Source of the DNA: Mytilus trossulus | Lineage: Eukaryota | Assembly (NCBI RefSeq): GCF_036588685.1 | Contig: NC_086373.1 | Coordinates: 7,006,001 to 7,070,000, forward strand | Length of the DNA: 64,000 nt | Reading direction: 5' to 3' | In this document: positions 1 through 14,288 of the stretch, one piece after another | Position numbering within the stretch: the first letter of the stretch is position 1 | Layout of the letters: every line of letters starts with the position of its first letter | Made by a program: the position numbers and the translations under genes | Notes under the pieces: generated by a model | What the model saw: the letters and a program-made list of their open reading frames with translations, nothing else | Databases searched by the model: none | What the model was told of the DNA's origin: nothing

Positions 1-1732
1 ACCCTACTTCCCTGGCTTGATACTTTATTGAATTAAATTCTATGCCCCATCTCTACCTTACCGTACATAATGTAGTGAGGTGAAAACTTTTTGGTTTTGT
101 CAATTTAGTGCACATTGGGTATTTCAAACAGTTATCACCTATCATTGCATTATTGGGTAGCTGTTTCCCTGATGTTCACCAAATACTGGGACTGTTACAC
201 TAACTGAACAATTTCTATATTGAACTTTCAAATGTTCAAATTTGATTTCAATTACCGCTTTATATCAAAGCCGCAATTCAGTGCCAAAATGATGTTAAAA
301 TAATGTGAAAATAAAGATGTAATGTATACGTCAATAAGACAGTAATCTAGCGACACAAACATACGATTTATCTATTTTTCCTTATTGTCCACATTCTGTT
401 TGATTATGGGAGGGTTCGGGTTTCCATTGACTTACATACGGTTTATATACATATGTCAGATTGAATATGCAACTCTTGCTGAGTCTCCGTGATCATCTCG
501 TCATGAACATGCATGAAATATTTGCCACTGGACGACAGTGGACGTTAAGCAACCAACAATCAATCAAATCTCCGTGATCATTGCCACTATATAATATATA
601 ATTATTAAGCACCGAAAGAAATGATTTAAAATTTCAATTTAACCCAATTTAGCAGTGTTTAAATGTAACATGGCGTCATGATATCCAGTTATATTCATAA
701 GATTATCAATGTATATTTGTATATTATAAATTAAGCGGTCTTAATGTCTAGCATTCTATATCATAAATTCGTTGATTTTTAAATTAAACTCCAAACAGAC
801 CAGCGATTGTCCCTAAGTCAGCATATATATAATGTTCACTTGACCTTTACTTGACAAATGAAACTATTTTTATTGCAATATTTGACGGATTGCCTTATAT
901 GGTAATGAAATCATACACACTAGATAAGTACAGGCTGAACTAAATAGTACTTAAGATATGATATCTCGAGTACTACAAATTGATCGGGGATTATCTATAA
1001 ACTGTACTATCATACGCTGACACTTCCTCACCGTACGTATAATACAACCAGGATGAAATATTGGAAACTTCAACAAAATTGTCCGCTAGAAAAAAATAAC
1101 CCTTTTTTACTTTATACTTGGTTACGACTTCTTCTTTTTAACTTATAACGAAAGAAATTATTATAATAGTAATAGCTTCTTGCGTGAACATTATCCTGAA
1201 CATGCATGAAATATTTGCCACTGTACGTTAAGCAACCAACAATCTATCATGTGTAAACTTTTAGGTTCTAGCAACATTATTTCGTATAACTGAACATGTA
1301 AACAAATTTTAGAATTCTTAATGATAATTTAAAACTTTAACTTGGCAGATTTTGTTTACTCTTGAGTAATTTTTGTAAAATTAATAAGATGGACATTAAA
1401 AACAAAAAACAGCAAAATAATTCTTCTTTGCAGAGCTATGTTTTGCCATTAAGATTTGGATCAAATATTGTATGTTAAGTATGTGCTTTCTATGCAAAAT
1501 ATTACAAACAAACATAGGGAACTGTGTGGCCTCAGCACATACAAAAGAAGATGTGGTATGATTGCCAATGAGACAACTCTCCACAAGAGACCAAAATGAC
1601 ACAAAAACTAACAACTATAGGTCACCGTACGGCATTTAACAATGAGCAAAGCCCATACAGCATAGTCAGCTATAAAAAGTCCCGAAATGACAATGTAAAA
1701 GAATTCAAACGAGTAAACCTTTTAAATACAAA

Positions 1733-2544
1733 CAATCTAATTAAAATATTGATCTCTGATTATGTTGCTCCAGACCGTATGAGTATTTGGACCGTACGCG
1801 TACGGTCCGGACCGTATACGTATACTCGTATGGTCCGACCATACGCGTACGGTCGGACCGTATGAGGATACGCGTATGGTCCAGTACGAGCTGACTATAC
1901 ATGTTATTGGATCATATGGGTTAAATTTAAACAAACATTTATCACAATCTTTATTTTTATTTTTATAAATTGTTGTTATTTCAATTAGATGGATAAAATG
2001 AACAAATGAACAATTGAAATTAAATATTTGTTTTATTGTATATCTGAATCCTATTTTTGTACTCTCGCACTAGGTGACACTTGCTACCACAAGTAGTGTA
2101 ATATTGTTTTACATTTACATGTTTGCAGTTCATTCATATTCCTTTGCAATTGCAATTTTTGTAAAGTTTCTAATATTATAAACAATTGTCCCCCCACATT
2201 ATGTTTACTTCCGATTTCGTCAATTTCAATAATGTATTACTGACTGACATGCTAAACACAAGCTATTAACAGATTTAATTAGCGTGAATTTTTTAAATAC
2301 ATGTAGGTAAAAAATAATGTTTTTATTTTAATTACAATTGAGCTTTTCCATATTAATTTGAGAGTTAAGTTATGTTGATCTGTTACATGCATTTGTAACT
2401 TATAAACTTAAGCAACTTCTTAATGGTATTAATCGTACCGTACGCGTACGGTCCAAATACTCATACGGTCCGGAACAACGTTATACTGCATATGAGCTCA
2501 TATGCAGTATAACGTAATCAGAGATCAATATTTTAATTAGATTG
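1733..2544. mobile_element. MITE with 9-bp TSD (Mutator-like), palindrome-rich
   Basis: Perfect 30-bp TIR CAATCTAATTAAAATATTGATCTCTGATTA extending imperfectly to about 75 bp; TSD AAATACAAA at 1724-1732 and 2545-2553. Confidence 0.9.
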
Positions 2545-3099
2545 AAATACAAAATTCGTTGTACTTAATTTTTTCCATATGATTTGAAAACTGCATCTTT
2601 TAGGCATCAGAACACAGTTGTTTTGTAATGCTTTTTGTTAGAATAAAAACACATACTTAACTAAATTGCACTTGCGTTTCGAATTAATCAATCAGATTTT
2701 TACAGCGAAGTTATTCTTTTTGGGTTAAATTTTATCAAATTTTTAAAATAGTTGAATGATATCGGTCTATGTTTGCCTTGTGCATGATTTGCAATCTGTA
2801 ATATTCTGATATAAAATAAGATAACTGTTTTATTAAACATTTTCACAATTGAACTATAAAAAGTTTAGCGTGATGGTGCAATTATGGGGAATAAGTTTTG
2901 AATACTAAAGTAATTCATTTTAACTGGTTTCTTAGTATACTAATATCAATTTCTATTTTTTATATATATATAAATGGGAACAAAAGCACATTGAACATTC
3001 TCTTTAGATTACACATGAGTGACACCCCCCCTTTTTTTTTTTACAGTTTTTAATTTACCCTTGATAAGGTCGATCTCTGCTGATATACGGACTTAATAC

Positions 3100-3625
3100 A
3101 TCTAACCGACAATGTGTCAATCCATATACGTCTATCCGACAATGTGTCAATCCATATACGTATAACCAACAATGTGTCAATCCATATACGTGTAACTGAC
3201 AATGTGTCAATCCAAACGTCTAACCAACAATGTGGCAATCCATATACGTGTAACTGACAATGTGTCAATCCAAACGTCTAACCAACAATGTGTCAATCCA
3301 TATACGTGTAACCGATAATGTGTCAATCCATATACGTCTAACTGACGATGTGTCAATCCGGACGTCTTATCGAAGATATGTAAATCCATATACGTCTAAC
3401 TGATGGTGTGTCAATCCGGACGTCTAATCGACGATATGTCAATCCATATACGTCAAACTGACGATGTGTCAATCCATATACGTCTAACCGATAATGTGTC
3501 AATCCATATATGTCTAACTGACGATGTGTCCGACAATGTGTCAATCCATATACGTCTAACCGACGATGTGTCCGACGATGCGTCAATCTGAACGTCTAAC
3601 CGATAATGTGTCAATCAAAACGTCT
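3100..3625. repeat. Minisatellite, about 30-bp unit (CCGACAATGTGTCAATCCATATACGTCTAA), about 17 copies
   Basis: Direct inspection. Confidence 0.95.
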
Positions 3626-4520
3626 GGACAATGAGCAGCATCTGTCATTAGTAAATGCAGTATATCATTTAAAGTGAACACTGTTTAGACGAATGGACTG
3701 ATAGGACAAGACCAGGGTAGTAAAAAGAAATACTACCATATTCAGACTTACTGACTGAATGGACTGATAGGACAAGACCAAGGTAGTTTAAAGAAATACT
3801 ACCATATTCAGACTAACTGAATGATAATAAAAGCCAAATTTGACAAGAAACCCATTTACAACAAAAACAAACATAGCTGTGGTCAATAGAACCGTTAAAC
3901 AACATTTGACGTAGAATTTCTTGTTATATATACAATAATCTGAATCTGAAAAAAGTAGGTTCGATAAGGCCTCTTTTTGACCCCCAAATATTGCAGTTTT
4001 ACTTTGTTGAAATGTAATAACCATAGCTAGTTATTGGAAAGTAGAATACTTTCATTAGTTAAATAGGGACTTTAGGGGCCAGCTGAAGGACGCCTCCGGG
4101 TGCGGGAATTTCTCGTTACATTGAAGACCTGTTGGTGAACTTCTGCTGTTGTTTTTTCTATGGTCGGGTTGTTGTCTTTTTGATACATTCCCCATTTCCA
4201 TTCTCAATTTTACTGTTTTTGGCAATGCTATGCACAAGCATCGGGTACTAGCATTAATGATAATAGCAAAATTATTGAAATGTAGCATTTGTGCAAGTTT
4301 TAAGACGGTTTTTGCCTAAAATGAAAGTTGCCGCATATGTGTTCAGTCTAAATATCTAAATTAATTTTGTATTTGATAATAATACATACCCTATATACAG
4401 GAGCCTGTTATTCAGATGTTGTCGTTTATTGATATGTTCCATATTTATTTTTCGTTCATTTTTTGTAAATAAACTAGGCCGTTAGTTTTTTTCGTCTGAA
4501 TTCTTTTAGATTTGCCATTT

Positions 4521-4936
4521 CGGAACCTTTTATAACTGACTATGCGGTATCGGCTTTGTTCGATGTTGAAGACGGAACCTTTTATAACTGACTATGCAGT
4601 ATCGGCTTTGTTCGATGTTGAAGACGGAACCTTTTATAAATGACTATGCGGTATCGGCTTTGTTCGATGTTGAAGACGGAACCTTTTATAACTGACTATG
4701 CGGTATCGGCTTTGTTCGATGTTGAAGACGGAACCTTTTATAACTGACTATGCGGTATCGGCTTTGTTCGATGTTGAAGACGGAACCTTTTATAACTGAC
4801 TATGCGGTATCGGCTTTGTTCGATGTTGAAGACGGAACCTTTTATAACTGACTATGCGGTATCGGCTTTGTTCGATGTTGAAGACGGAACCTTTTATAAC
4901 TGACTATGCGGTATCGGCTTTGTTCGATGTTGAAGA
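4521..4936. repeat. Tandem array, 52-bp unit x8, inside a family-A repeat
   Basis: Unit CGGAACCTTTTATAACTGACTATGCGGTATCGGCTTTGTTCGATGTTGAAGA starting at 4521, 4573, ... 4885. Confidence 0.97.
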
Positions 4937-7900
4937 ATGTACGATGATCTAAAGCTGTTAATTATTGTGTCATTTGGTCCCTTGTGGAGATTTGTCTCAT
5001 TGGCAATTATACCACACTTCTTTTTATATATATAAAGTTTGAGACTGTACACGAATGCGGCCATTTATATTTTAGATAAAATCTGAAAAGTGTTGTTTTA
5101 TGCAAATTTGAAAGATTTTTCATACTAAAGGCTAATAAAGCTTGAATTTTAGCGTTTTTTAAATGGCCAAATCTGTTTATAATTTTTAAATAAAATATTT
5201 GAATCAACTTTAATACACATTTTTGTCTTTAAAAAAATGTCTTGCGTGGTTCGTTGAATTTTATGCCGAAATAAGCCTATACTGCATAAACTTAAAATTG
5301 TCCTTTGATACTTTTCTATTTTGAAGCCAACATCCTCACAATGGACAAGATTCGAATTCCCAGGACCTAGCCTTACCTCTAATCGGTTCACGATTATCTC
5401 AACCATCATAATACTAGGAGCTAGAAACTAGAAGTTAGATGTGTTTGGCCGGGATAGCTAACAGTATATTAAAAACAAAACCCTTTAGTGTTTTCTGCAA
5501 TAATAAGTAGAGGCATATATGATATAGGAATCAAGTTTACGTACAAGAAAGGTAACTCTTCTCTTAGTTTTTTTAATTGACAAGCAACTTGCACAAATAA
5601 AACACCTGCTTTCTGGATGTAGAACACTTCACTACAAACAATGCCTTTTTTTTTTTTAGAAATTCATCCATATATTTCTATTGGGGATACACCATGTTTT
5701 TTAACTGAGTAATATTCCAAATTCTTGACAGCTGTATTTGCATAGAATTGCTCATATTTATAGGTCAAACCATGCAACAAAAATAACTAAGATGGTTTTG
5801 ATCTCAATTATTTCATAACAAAAATACATGAACAATAGTGTAGATATATCACTATAAAATAGTTTGCTTTGAACTACATGTAACTAAACGAACAACGCAA
5901 GGTTCCACGTAGTAATACAATCCACTGAATTGGAGACAGGCAATTCTTGTCTTTCAATTAAAGGGGTTTTATGCATGTCTAAACTTTTGAAAACGGTTAT
6001 TTAATTTTTGAAATCATATGTGCTACTATAACAGTTTTTGACTGTTATCGGTTTTCTTAAAATTTAATCTATTGTTGTAAACTGTTTTTGTGTAAAAATG
6101 ACCCTTGTTAATTGTTTTATTTTTTTATTTTTTGAATTCACTGTATTTTGTTTTCTTATTTGAGATAATCCAAATTGCCTGATCGGTTATCAGTATTTTA
6201 AATTTACTATAATCTGTCTTGAGCGAAATAAAAAAAAAAAATAATGTTAAAGTGTTAATGACCTTCCCCACACACACACAAACACACACACACTCATGGT
6301 GGTATTAGTGCCAAATTGGCAATGAACCGTGGCCAACTCTCTATCTTAGTCACACTTAGTAAACCATTATAGGTCAAAGTGCAACCTTCAACACGGAGCC
6401 TTGTCTTACACCGAACAGAAAGATATATAAAAGGGTTCAAATAATGACTTTGTAAAACCATTAAAATGAGAAAACCGACTGTCTAATCTATATATAAAAA
6501 CGAGAAACACTTATAAACCACATAAAGAAACGACAAACCACTGAACATTTTACAAGTTGTGACTTGGATGGAGAGTTGTCTCATTGGCACTCATACCACG
6601 TTTTCTTATATCTATAAATAACGATTCACTCGAAGAAATGTCTCTTTCAATAACGGCAGTTAAACGATGTTAATTCTCATACATCAATTCTCGGTAAAGG
6701 TTAACTTCCTATAATAATAAGTAATAAAGGCACATTTGAGACATTGAACATTCAAATGGTTAATATAAAGTAACGTTGCACACACATTTTGAATCTTGTC
6801 TTAAAATATAGAACCTGACTGAAATAGTTTTACCTCATTTTAATTTTCTTTATGTTTAAAGGTTAAAATCAGAAAAAGCATCCGCATTCATTTAAAAGAC
6901 TGTTTGAGGCAAATGACCCTCTAATGAACTTGTTGACATTATATTTAATACTCGAGATATGTTAACCTTTAATATCAAATTCCACTTGTGTATAAGCACT
7001 TATATACTTGTAAATGAAACATTGTTAAACTACATTATTTACTATAGTAATCATATATACCACATCATACTCGGTGCATTATATTTGAGCTCATCGCCAT
7101 TTTATTTGCGCTTATGGATCTTATGAGTTATTATATTGTGTTCTGACTTCTATTCTCTCAATTGCTTTGTGGTTTTTGTCTTTGTAAATCTTAATCATGT
7201 TAATAATAAGGTCATATTGTTTTCGCCGATATAAACTACAAATATGGTCTCCAGTCTCCACATCGTAATAATATTAGTACGGATGTGTTTAATCGTCCCA
7301 TCTAATATACATGTTGGCTGGTTTTCTTTCTTATCATTTTTTTATTTTATATTTCCTCTATCGCCTATCTATGTTAAAAATAATTGAAAGTTTTTTTATT
7401 ATGTACGAAATTATCGATAGATCAAAATATATCCTTAAAGATACTTCTATATGACCCGTTTTCTAACCCCAATACAACAAGCCCCAGATCCATTCATGAT
7501 CTGTTTAAAAGTGAAGTAGTTTAACTTTATAGTCGCTTGCTATCCCAAAGGTAGAGATCCCAAGCAATTCGATTTCGGTTGTATTTTGAAAATTAATCTA
7601 TGCGCAAGTTTTTCCGATTTGCATCTTTCTACTTGAAAAGTTCAAAACAGTTATGTAACTTGCAATGTATGTAAAACAAAACAGATTTGTGTACACAATG
7701 ACATGGATTTGTTGTAAAGAAGGATACCATAAGTATCTTAAGACATTTGCTGACAAAATAAACAGGATACCAAAATGACGCACGGACAATCGGATGTGGA
7801 CACTGTCGAGTGCCGTATATGGTCATATGTTGTATTGTAAAACAATTTAATCCTTTTGTGGCTAAATAAAACTGTGTTTGCCGGTATTTCTCATCATTCA

Positions 7901-7937
7901 GATTGTTAACTCTTCTATCTGTTAGTAGTACCACTAG

Positions 7938-8108
<171 letters not shown>

Positions 8109-9130
8109 TGATCAGCTTTTTAAAAAGGATATGCTAACAATAATTATTTACACACATCTATGATTGATGGCTAAAACACTGAGAAAACACTTCAAAAAAT
8201 CATTTTCTTGAATGAGGAACTACAGAAATTATACATTTAGATATAGATTTATGTAGTTTGTGTATACTTCCGAGGTTGTCCCCGATATCTATGAAGAAGG
8301 AAATACATAAGTGTAATTAAAAAAACTGCAATTTCAGATAATCATGTTTTTTTTTAAATTTGAGCTTCCGTCATAGATGAAATTGCAGAATTAGTGTTAA
8401 CCTATAGTTTATGCGTGTCATTTAGCAAGATGAAAAAAAATAATCATACTATGTAAAAAAAAAAAGCATTTTTTTTGCCATACAAAAAAGAGACAATTAA
8501 TTTGATATATTTGTCATTTGTTCAGAATATCTATTATCCGCCGAATGCTCTTAAATGATCTATCCTTACTTAAACCAATTTAATCGTCCTTCAGTTAAAT
8601 ATTAGTTTAAGAATTATATCTACGACCGGAATAATAGCCTTGAACGACTTAATTACATTAACTTCGGATTAAAAGATCCTGTTTAAAATGTCTGCACCGT
8701 TTTGTAAATGATTTTGTTTAAGGAGTATTATTTATGTGCATTTGCTTTAAAACGCATCAATTCAATGACACTTTCATATTAATGTTAGATACTTTTGAGT
8801 CATAACAGTTTACCTACTCCGTGTTGGCCTTACGTCATGCCATGCATTTAACAAATATTTTGCATAGTTGATGTATATGCAGTTTGTATAAAAAAAGACG
8901 ATGTGGTATGACTGCTAATGAGACAACGCTCCACAAGAGACCAGAATGACACAGAAATAAACAACTATAGGTCACGGTACGGCCTTCAACAATGAACAAA
9001 GCCCATTCCACATAGTCAGCTATAAGAGGCCCCGAAATGACAATGTAAAACATTTCAAATGAGAAAACTAACGGCCTTATTTAAATTCCAAAACACATGA
9101 ACAAACAACCACTGAATTGCAGGCTCCTGA

Positions 9131-10204
<1,074 letters not shown>

Positions 10205-10814
10205 ACAAATAACTCAAGTTTAATAACATTATGAAAACATTTATCGTAAGACAGTTTGAGCCATGAACACAAGCAAGAGGCCATTGGTGACTGTTCTTTT
10301 ATTACATGTACCTATACAATATTGTATTTATGATTAGGACACAAATAAAAAAAGATAGTTGATTTAAAATGGTTTTTTTTAACTGTGAATTCTTATGCTC
10401 AGAATTATAAAATGATTTCCAAATCTGGTATTCATATCAAAAACACCAATATAGTAAATCTAGTATGCTACCAAAACATGAATTATTCATATCTCAAATC
10501 TAATAAGCAACTCAAAAGCATCTATGATGATTTCAAAGAGCACATGAACACCAGCAAATTGCAATAACATCGCACCAACATAAATATACCCTTAATACTT
10601 ACAAGATAACATTAAAAATACAAGAATAAAGGGGGAAAACCAAACAACGCTACACAACACACCTGTATAAAATGAAAATAGAATTGGTCTGATGAAAAAA
10701 TGAACTTTTTAAAGACATTATAAAAATAAATCAGCACCTCCACATAAAACAAAGCTTGTTTGCTCGTTTGCATGCTCAATCGCATGTGCAAGGTTCACAT
10801 TGTGACTCGCGACT

Positions 10815-11485
10815 GATACCGGTATTTACACAATAATATTTATAAATTATCGTTTATCATCTCAGCGAGAGAGATTCTCCCGCTTGAGCCGGACGGCGAA
10901 AGCGAAAAAAGCAATCGAGTTAAGATGATCAATTATAATCTGTTTATCGCTAGTTTACCTACTAAGTATGACGACGTTGTCAATTTCATATCAATTTCAT
11001 TAGTTAGGCCACGTGCCTCTTGAGTCTCTAGCAATAGTCTTCCATCTCAAGCGAGTTGCATGATATGAAAAATTATCACGAAAAAAGATCAAAGGAAAAA
11101 TGCACAAAATAGCGATAAATACAAATAAATAAATTTGGTGTATTTACTGTCTTCTGATTGGTTAAAATTATTAGTTTTATTTTCAATGTTGTCAATTTTT
11201 ATGGCGACACGCCCACTCTGACGTTGTGTATTCATACGCCAACAAGTGTGTATGTTGTTATTGTAAATATAAATAATATAAAAAAGTTCTTTGAGCCTTA
11301 TTTTTGATGAAAAATTATTTATAATGAATGGCAATTATTTATTTTGATTTTATTGAACCATAAAACTAATTTTTGACTCCTCACATTTTACATAATCCGC
11401 TTTGCGGATTATTCAATGTGAAGAGTCAAAAATTAGTTTTATGGTTCAATAAATTCAAAATAGATAATAGCCATTCATTAAATAT
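10815..11485. mobile_element. Hairpin-ended repeat of unknown class
   Basis: About 78-bp-arm hairpin 11322-11480 (centre ATAATCCGC-TTT-GCGGATTAT) and a weaker 5' hairpin near 10840-10940. Confidence 0.5.
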
Positions 11486-11889
11486 CCATCAGAGTTAAAA
11501 TGATGTGGATGTAAGCAATCATGTGCCAACGTACGGCCTACAACAATGATAAAACCCCATTCCATATCATTGGCAACAACCAAAACTAATTTCATTATTT
11601 ATAACATAATAATTTATAAAAAAACCAACACCCAGAAACGACAGACAATGGAAGACATAAAGAATGTTGCGGACTTAATGGTGCTCAACCCTCTCCATAC
11701 AATAGGACAGTGGTGTAACAGCACAACATTAAACAAATTAAAACTCAGTTGCAATTGGCTGAACTGAAAAGTTTGGTACGAGTTGGAAACATATAACAAA
11801 CATAAAGCACCGTTTACGAGTACTTGTAGTTTATAAAAACTATTTCAAAGCCAATTTCAATTAAAAAACAAATCGTTTTCTTCAAGTGC

Positions 11890-12666
11890 AATAAAGTTCA
11901 AAACGAACATATCACTTGCAGCTAGATTAAAACAACTTTAAGGAAGGTCTTTGTTAGTCCTGTATTATTTTAATTTTAATTTCTTGTGTACATACAATTT
12001 GGAAATTAGTATGGCGTTCATTATCAGTGAACTAGTATATATTTGTTTAGGGGCCAGCTGAAGGACGCCTCCGGGTGCGGGAATTTCTCGTTACATTGAA
12101 GACCTGTTGGTGACCTTCTGCTGTTGTTTTTTCTATGGTCGGGTTGTTGTCTCTTTGATATATTCCCCATTTCCATTCTCAATTTTATTTAAGGAAAATG
12201 ACATTAATATGGTTTATAGAAGGATGTCATAAGTATCTTAAAACTGTTATACAATTGGAAGCGGATAACTAAATGGTACAAGGTCAATGGGATTTGGATA
12301 CTGTCGAGCTCTATGTGTGGCCATTTGTTGTTAAGTTGACATATAATCCTGTTGTATCTAACATAAAACTGTGTCTCTCCATTTGGACTACTAGTATCCT
12401 AAGGAGTTTCGAAAAAAAAACTAGTTTAAGTATGACATCCATTATCACTGTACTAATATACATGTTTTAGGGGCCAGCTGAAGGACACCTACGGGTGCGG
12501 GAATTCTCGCTACATTGAAGACCCATTGCTGGCCTTCGGCTGTTGTCTGTTCTATGGTCGGGTTGTTGTCGCTTTTACACATTCACCATTTCCTTTCTCA
12601 ATTTTAGTAATGCTTTAGTGTTGGACAGTGGATCTGGACTGTTCAAAGCTGGATTAACAGGAGAAC
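11890..12666 (+). pseudogene. Decayed actin copy: duplicated gene-1 upstream region plus exon-1 remnant (ALVLDSGSGLFKAGLTGE), split by two retroposon insertions
   Basis: 12612-12665 translates to an actin exon-1-like peptide; 11890-11940 and 12197-12375 align by eye with gene-1 upstream 7635-7876. Confidence 0.8.
11946..12187 (+). mobile_element. 5'-truncated retroposon (family B) with 9-bp TSD
   Basis: TSD TTTAAGGAA (11937-45, 12188-96); same 3' end (CCCCATTTCCATTCTCAATTTTA) as copies at 4071-4212, 12421-12606 and 25214-25331 with variable 5' ends. Confidence 0.8.
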
Positions 12667-13522
12667 CTTTTAAACTGTACTAAAACGATTGAAGTAATAA
12701 TTGATCCCCCTTCATATGTACCATGTTGGAATTTGGAACTGCATATAAATCTTGTATAAATTTAATGTTGTCATTTAATATAAAATTTAGATTTATTTCC
12801 CTTTGCCAGGAAGATTAATTGTTCTTGTTTGCTCAATGCCAAAGTAAAAAACTCAAACAAAACAAAACAGAAAACCGTGTCGGTGGTCTTCCAGTTGCAT
12901 AATTGCCTCGACGTGTACCTTTTGTAACTAAATTCATATCACAGTATATCCTGGACTGATGCATGCCCAGAACGAATTAGGCGGGATTACAGCGCTTAAC
13001 CTTTCCTTAACCTGGGACAATGGTGTAACAAAAAAACATGAGAACAAATTGTCAAAACCAATTGGAAATGGCTCGACTCGTCAGATTGACACTTAACACA
13101 TACGCAATATAGGTAAATAAAAATATTTGGTTTTCAAGTTTGGCTTTACCTGAAGATTTCTCATAAAACCTTCTATATAACATCTTGGATTTGATCGTAA
13201 TGTTGTTAATAAAGCCCTCACATTTAAATACGATCCATTTCGACTTACTGATCAGTTGATTCAACTTGTTCATAAAGCAAACATTTTCTCACATCGTAGT
13301 AAGATCTTTTAAAATATATGTTTTTTGTTGGTATTATCATTGATTTCTTTAATTATTAAAAAACAAAACGTCGTTGGAACTTTGTTGCATGGTGTTTCAT
13401 TTGTAGTCACACCATATCTCCTCTATTTCAAACATGCATGGCCTACAGTGTTATTATGATAGGGTGTATACATCAAACGTTCGAGTAAATTATTTTAATT
13501 AATTTCCTTAATGTCGTATGAG

Positions 13523-13904
13523 ACAGGTTTCCATGTGTACGACATTTTTTAGTAGAAGGTTAAAATGTAAGATACAGATTTCCGTGCGTACGACATTTTT
13601 TAGTAGAAGGTTAAAACGTAAGATACAGATTTCCGTGCGTACGACATTTTTTAGTAGAAGGTTAAAACGTAAGATACAGATTTCCGTGCGTACGACATTT
13701 TTTAGTAGAAGGTTAAAACGTAAGATACAGATTTCCGTGCGTACGACATTTTTTAGTAGAAGGTTAAAACGTAAGATACAGATTTCCGTGCGTACGACAT
13801 TTTTTAGTAGAAGGTTAAAACGTAAGATACAGATTTCCGTGCGTATGACATTTTTTAGTAGAAGGTTAAAACGTAAGATACAGATTTCCGTGCGTACGAC
13901 ATTT
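13523..13904. repeat. Tandem array, 51-bp unit x about 7.5
   Basis: Unit ACAGATTTCCGTGCGTACGACATTTTTTAGTAGAAGGTTAAAACGTAAGAT. Confidence 0.97.
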
Positions 13905-14288
13905 GTTCTAGAATTGCCATCATTGATATGCTCGAATGGTCTAATACATATTTTGCATGCACAATTCTTATAAAAATAGTCCACTTTTAACTATTGGAAC
14001 TTTTCTCATACTAGGAGATTTTTTTCTGTTGATAGATAATTTGTTAAAAGAGCTATAATGCAAATCCAATGATGAAAGTGAGTCTGCATTTATTGTTTGC
14101 ACCATTAAAAATATGACCAGATTCGGTTATTTGTAAATGTGTTTTGAGTGTGTCAATAATGCAAATGTTTGACTTATTCCAATAATCCCCTCTTTTAAGA
14201 GTTTCACAAATCTACTATTACTAGACAAAAAACCATGCTTACAACTTTTTTTTAATATCATAACAAAAACAAGAAAATTTTTATCACT

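Noticed and set aside
62-180. Minus-strand snippets resembling actin (TTGAAATACCCAAT, ACATCAGGG) near a possible splice donor
   Set aside because: Matches are short and not colinear at the right spacing; cannot be separated from chance.
4521-4936. CRISPR-like regular arrays (also 13523-13904 and 3100-3625)
   Set aside because: Head-to-tail units without unique spacers, no cas genes, eukaryotic context.
13508-13984. ORFs on both strands with 17-aa repeats
   Set aside because: Product of a 51-bp tandem unit divisible by three; no other coding evidence.
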